Assembly (NCBI GenBank): GCA_965237525.1
Contig: CBDEFO010000006.1
Coordinates: 384,001 to 448,000, forward strand
Direction: 5' to 3'
Length of the DNA stretch: 64,000 bases
Source of the DNA: Candidatus Latescibacterota bacterium
Lineage (GTDB): Bacteria; Latescibacterota; CBDEFO01
Shown here: piece after piece, positions 59,970 through 64,000 of the stretch
Numbering within the stretch: the stretch's first letter is position 1
How the letters are laid out: the number at the start of each line of letters is the position of its first letter
The notes under the pieces: generated by a model
What the model was told of the DNA's origin: nothing
Databases searched by the model: none
What the model saw: only the letters and a program-made list of their open reading frames with translations
Made by a program: the position numbers and the translations under genes

Positions 59970-60539
59970 CTACGGGCAGTGATCTGATATATACATACCA
60001 ATGGCTAAACCAATGCCTAACAAGAGCATATACCCCAGGGAGAGATATACCGGCCATATCACGAAAGACCATAAGACTTCCTTCCCATCGGTCCTGGGAT
60101 CTATCACCGACCGCTTCGGATTCTTAGGGTCATAATAGCTCCAGAGCTCCTTGTTTGGTAGGTATTGCTGCATCTTATCCCTTTTTCTTATCTTCCTTAG
60201 CCATAAATTTCTCTCAGCCTTATCTTTTTTCAGCTTCCACCGTTCGATTGTGCTCTGATGAGGAAGCCGAAAAAAATCCTCTTGAAGGTACAAGGTCTGG
60301 CTGGATTGGTACTTGACCCCCAAGACCTCATATTCATAAAGCACTTTGGGGATCAATACTCCATACCTATCGTCGGTTTCGGGATTCCTGTGCTCAAAAT
60401 CCAGGATTTCTGATTTTAGTATAACGCCCTTCGCTTGAGGCCATCTCTTTCTAACAAAGCCTCTCAGGACCTCGCGTATACCACGAAGGATGCAGGCTGC
60501 ACCGATGACAACCAGACCTATGGCCCACCACTCCATCAT
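59970..60539 (-). CDS. DUF3592 domain membrane protein
   Basis: WPQAKGVI, PKVLYEYEV, YYDPKNPKRSV. Confidence 0.8.
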   Translation of the reverse strand: MMEWWAIGLVVIGAACILRGIREVLRGFVRKRWPQAKGVILKSEILDFEHRNPETDDRYGVLIPKVLYEYEVLGVKYQSSQTLYLQEDFFRLPHQSTIERWKLKKDKAERNLWLRKIRKRDKMQQYLPNKELWSYYDPKNPKRSVIDPRTDGKEVLWSFVIWPVYLSLGYMLLLGIGLAIGMYISDHCP

Positions 60540-61309
60540 ATCACTATCTCAATTGTATTCTATTTATTCTGCAAGCAACCCAAATCCGGGTCTTGTGCTA
60601 CCTATGCCCGTTTGGGATGGATTCTGTATAGTGCCTCGGTTGCCGCCCAACTAGGGCTTATACCGTTTTCTATGCTAAGAACCTATATGCAGCTATTTGA
60701 GCTATATAAGACCCCACTGAAATATTAGAGGATGTCGCTAAATTAGTTGTGTAGTGCCCCCTTGGAAAGCGATATCGATTAAGCAACATGAGGCAGCAGA
60801 CAAACTTCCTTCTGTACAAAGCTCGATCTTGAAATACTTGTCGCTCTGTCAAGAGGAGCGGTACGAAAGACGCTTCGGAGTCCCATAATGCCAAACTTGT
60901 AATTCCCCTGAAGCAGAGTCATTACCGCTTAGTCAAATTCCTCCTCTGACTCTTGGAAATAAAACCTTGTTGATGTCCGCACACATTCAAACCGTCATTC
61001 CCCATATCACATTCATGAAGGATTATATTTCGATACAATCTTGTTAGTGAATGAATATTATCACTTCTATATTTATCAACAAGTACCTTTTTCAATCAAA
61101 ATAGCATATTCCTCTGAATTATCACCTTCTTTGTATGTAAATCCTCCAATTAGACGCACTTTGTCTAAAGTGAGCACTCTTGTAAATGACCAAAAAGAAA
61201 GCCCGCCAGAAATGACGGGCTTTCTTGCTTTACAAAGCGCCGAAGGCATTTGGGTGAAAGAAGCGAACCGAAAAACACGCTTTATACGCCGTCGCCCCTC
61301 TATCACTTG

Positions 61310-61372
61310 AATTGGAAGCAGAACGACACGTGCACTCTGAAGCGTGATGTTGTGCTCCTTCAACTTCTCCAT
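61310..61372 (-). pseudogene. N-terminal stub of a GNAT-like gene
   Basis: GAGG RBS, MEKLKEHNITLQSARVVLLP, then runs into a repeat. Confidence 0.45.
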
Positions 61373-61436
61373 AGATATGCACCTCTTTTTGCCCGACTTC
61401 GACTAAAGGTGCTGACCTGGATAACTCTACCCAAAC

Positions 61437-62366
61437 TCAGGAGTCTGATTTACCCATTCCAATGACTTCGTAAAGGGTGTGTTCGCCGCTTTTTCCCCTT
61501 AGCGTGATGGGAAAGCTTCTGTTCACCCGCACGTGCTTTTTCACCTGGATGTAAGTGGCTTCCGAGATAAGGAACTTGGCGCCCACTTCTTTATTCACGT
61601 CCTCAATACGGCTAGCGATGTTCACTGAATCGCCGACGGCCATCACCTGCTCCATATTGCGGCAACCAACGGTACCCACCACAACTTCTCCGTAATGCAC
61701 CCCGATAACGATCTGGAATCTTGTTTCATAGGTAGCCTCTAGGTAGCAATTGAGCTGTTCCACTTCCACAAACATCTCGAGACCTGCTTCGACAGCTCGT
61801 AACGCTGCTCCGGAGGGCTCCTCCATCCCAAACAGAGCCATCAGCCCATCTCCCCTGTAGTCTCCGATGTAACCGCCGTGGCGATTTATCACCTGACCCA
61901 TTCGAAGGAAGTATTTGTTCATCACATGGATGACATCGTATGGAGGTAGGGCTTCAGCAAAAGCGGTGGACCCACGGATATCTGCAAATAGGATGGCAAC
62001 CTGTTTCTCTTCGCCTATATACCCGGGTGTCGCATTAGCTCCTAATTGGCTCGTCAGTTCTGCATCCTCTTCATCTAGCACCAATCGTCGCAGTTTCACG
62101 TTTCCGGTAACTGTGGTCTGGCAAGCCAGCCGAATTGTCGGACCAAAGCGCAATCCCTCAGAAAGAGCTTGCTCTTTAGCATTTCGGGGAGAACAGAATT
62201 CGAGGCCCTCCAGAATCATCACACGACATGTGGAGCACCGGGAATTCCCACCGCAGGCATGCGTATGAGGAATATCAACTTGCAATGATGTCTGGAGAAT
62301 GGTTGTCTCTGTATCCGTCTCTACTTCCCTCTCATCGGACAGATAATAAATGTGCGGCATATCCAT
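61437..62366 (-). CDS. 2Fe-2S ferredoxin fused to class III adenylate/guanylate cyclase
   Basis: CGGNSRCSTC, RLACQ, LFADIRGST, GDGLMALF, GDSVNIASR. Confidence 0.92.
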   Translation of the reverse strand: MDMPHIYYLSDEREVETDTETTILQTSLQVDIPHTHACGGNSRCSTCRVMILEGLEFCSPRNAKEQALSEGLRFGPTIRLACQTTVTGNVKLRRLVLDEEDAELTSQLGANATPGYIGEEKQVAILFADIRGSTAFAEALPPYDVIHVMNKYFLRMGQVINRHGGYIGDYRGDGLMALFGMEEPSGAALRAVEAGLEMFVEVEQLNCYLEATYETRFQIVIGVHYGEVVVGTVGCRNMEQVMAVGDSVNIASRIEDVNKEVGAKFLISEATYIQVKKHVRVNRSFPITLRGKSGEHTLYEVIGMGKSDS

Positions 62367-62418
62367 CTCCCATAGTATACAAAGGTGATTTAGATTGTCT
62401 CACCTGGCAGGCACTTTC

Positions 62419-62505
62419 GGCCAACTCCTCGGCATAGCTGAAGTTCGCCGAAGGCATTTGGGTGAAAGAAGCGAACCGAAAAACATGCTTTATGCGTTGT
62501 TGCTC
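62419..62505 (-). other. Degenerate attC-like site
   Basis: GAGCAAC-aac-GCATAAAGC...GCTATGC-cgagga-GTTGGCC; truncated copy at ~61238-61310. Confidence 0.5.
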
Positions 62506-62534
62506 CTCTGTCACTTGAAATAGATGACTTTTTG

Positions 62535-64000
62535 CTAAGGCTCTTCATACAGGCGTTCGCCGCGGTAGAGCCGGAGGGCAATCTGATACGTCTGCCCTTG
62601 CGCCCGAACCGTCGGAGCATGGGCTGCCAGATACCGCGCTGCAGCCAACAGTACGTGCGCCTCAGCTGGCGTCCCGCGCAGCAGCCCGTATTGACGGAAG
62701 GACGCTTCGACCATCTGAATCGTGTGAAAGTCGCGATCCTCGCGCAGCAGCAATCTTCCCAGCACGGCCAACAGCCGATCCGGGCTGCCGCCACTGTACA
62801 GATAGCGTGCGACCAATTCGCCTGCCTTGTTCACTTGCTGCTGCTGGTCCAACAGCGCTGAGAGTTGATCCAGAAGCGCTTCAGGATTCTTGACTGTGTC
62901 ATCTGGCCCGGGCAGGGGAACCGCGGGCACGTTCAAAAAGCGGTCGAGGTATATACTCATCGCCACGTCGAAGACGCCTCGCAGCAGCTCCGGCGACGCT
63001 ATCCGCCTCAGCCCCTGGTGCACGGCGTTGGCAAACGTAAAGGTGTGCAGTGCCGTGTCCCAGTCTGCGAACTCGTTGCTGATATGGAAGCGGGCAATGC
63101 GCAGCGCTGCAGCGTAAGCCACCGCACTTGCCAATTCCTCTTCGCTACCGCCCTCCCGCAACGCCTCTAACAGTGCGTCGGCAATGGCCTGCGGGTCCTC
63201 ACCCAAGAGCACTGGCACCAGTGTGTATCGCGACCCGTCCATGTCCCGCGCTGACCCTGGCCCGTCTCCAGCGCGGCTGGCAGCGCCTCGAAGGCGCGCT
63301 CCAGGATTATAATCAGATCCACCGGGTTGCGCCAAGTGTTGGATTCCTCCATCCGATCGGCGTTGGCATAGCTGGAGACCAAGCTGGTCAGTACCGGTTC
63401 TGCGTACTCCCACCCCGCTGTATCGAGTGCCTCCAGCGCCTTGTTGGTAAAGTCAGCAACATGGCCGATGTCGATATAGCGGTGGTCGGTAGCGGCGGCA
63501 AAGAGCATATCGGCCATCTGCCGATGGTCGGCGCCGGCTCGCACGGCCGATACAATACAACGCTCGGCACCCTCAGAGTCACGCACTTCGACGAACTGGC
63601 GGAACCAGCGCTTGAGCGTATCCAGGTCCGTCGCGAGGGTCGGGAGCGGGTGAATCTCGAAGCGCGGCGGCATGCCAGCACACTCCCCAGCAACGGCCGC
63701 CAGACCGTGGTAGAGGGCGCGCGGTCGGTCTTCAGCATCCAGATGTGGCAGCAGGTTCATCATGCAGGTGTGCATGGTCAGACCTTGCCCCCAGCCGGAC
63801 TGCCGATAACGCGCCCCGAAGTCGAGCCCAATGCGAAATGGCTCAGCCGGTTCTCCGTCATCATCTAACAAGGTGATGATGGCCTTCCCAATGACCAGTG
63901 AGATGGCTCGCTCCAGCCCATCCTGCAGACGCAGACGCTGACGAGCGCGCGGGTCTACGCGCAGCGCCAGGTCCACCCACACCTCACCGTCGCGGATTTG
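62535..64000 (-). pseudogene. Rieske-domain-associated helical protein, partial at window end, frameshifted near 63223
   Basis: DGEVWVD, GHVADFTNKALE, LHTFTFANA, FHTIQMVEA; extra AC in GATACACACTGG splits the frame. Confidence 0.7.

Overview
A 64-kb bacterial chromosome segment. The tmRNA tag ADDYSYALAA resembles the Chlorobi tag, which suggests an FCB-related lineage (inference only). Housekeeping genes include pheA, an M42 peptidase, a site-2 protease, msrP, glgA, gcvPA/gcvPB, folD, a sigma54 response regulator, fsa/tal, a double-domain PTPS with an SDR, pncA/pncB, a CCA-adding enzyme, ssrA and a long RelA/SpoT. These are interleaved with decaying accessory DNA: an IS1182-like element plus the end of a second copy, two near-identical 1302-bp IS copies of uncertain family, two IS1595 remnants, a TA-targeting MITE, REP clusters, a 21-bp mobile palindrome, collapsed toxin-antitoxin genes, attC-like sites with no integrase in the window, and an intact but orphan terminase pair. 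The least explained signal is a ~500-bp interval (45982-46462) between the CCA-adding enzyme and a UVR-motif gene. It has no credible ORF and folds by eye into two apparently convergent multi-stem RNAs sharing one perfect terminator-like hairpin; I recognise neither as a known family. All calls come from reading the sequence and remembered family motifs; no searches or folding programs were run.
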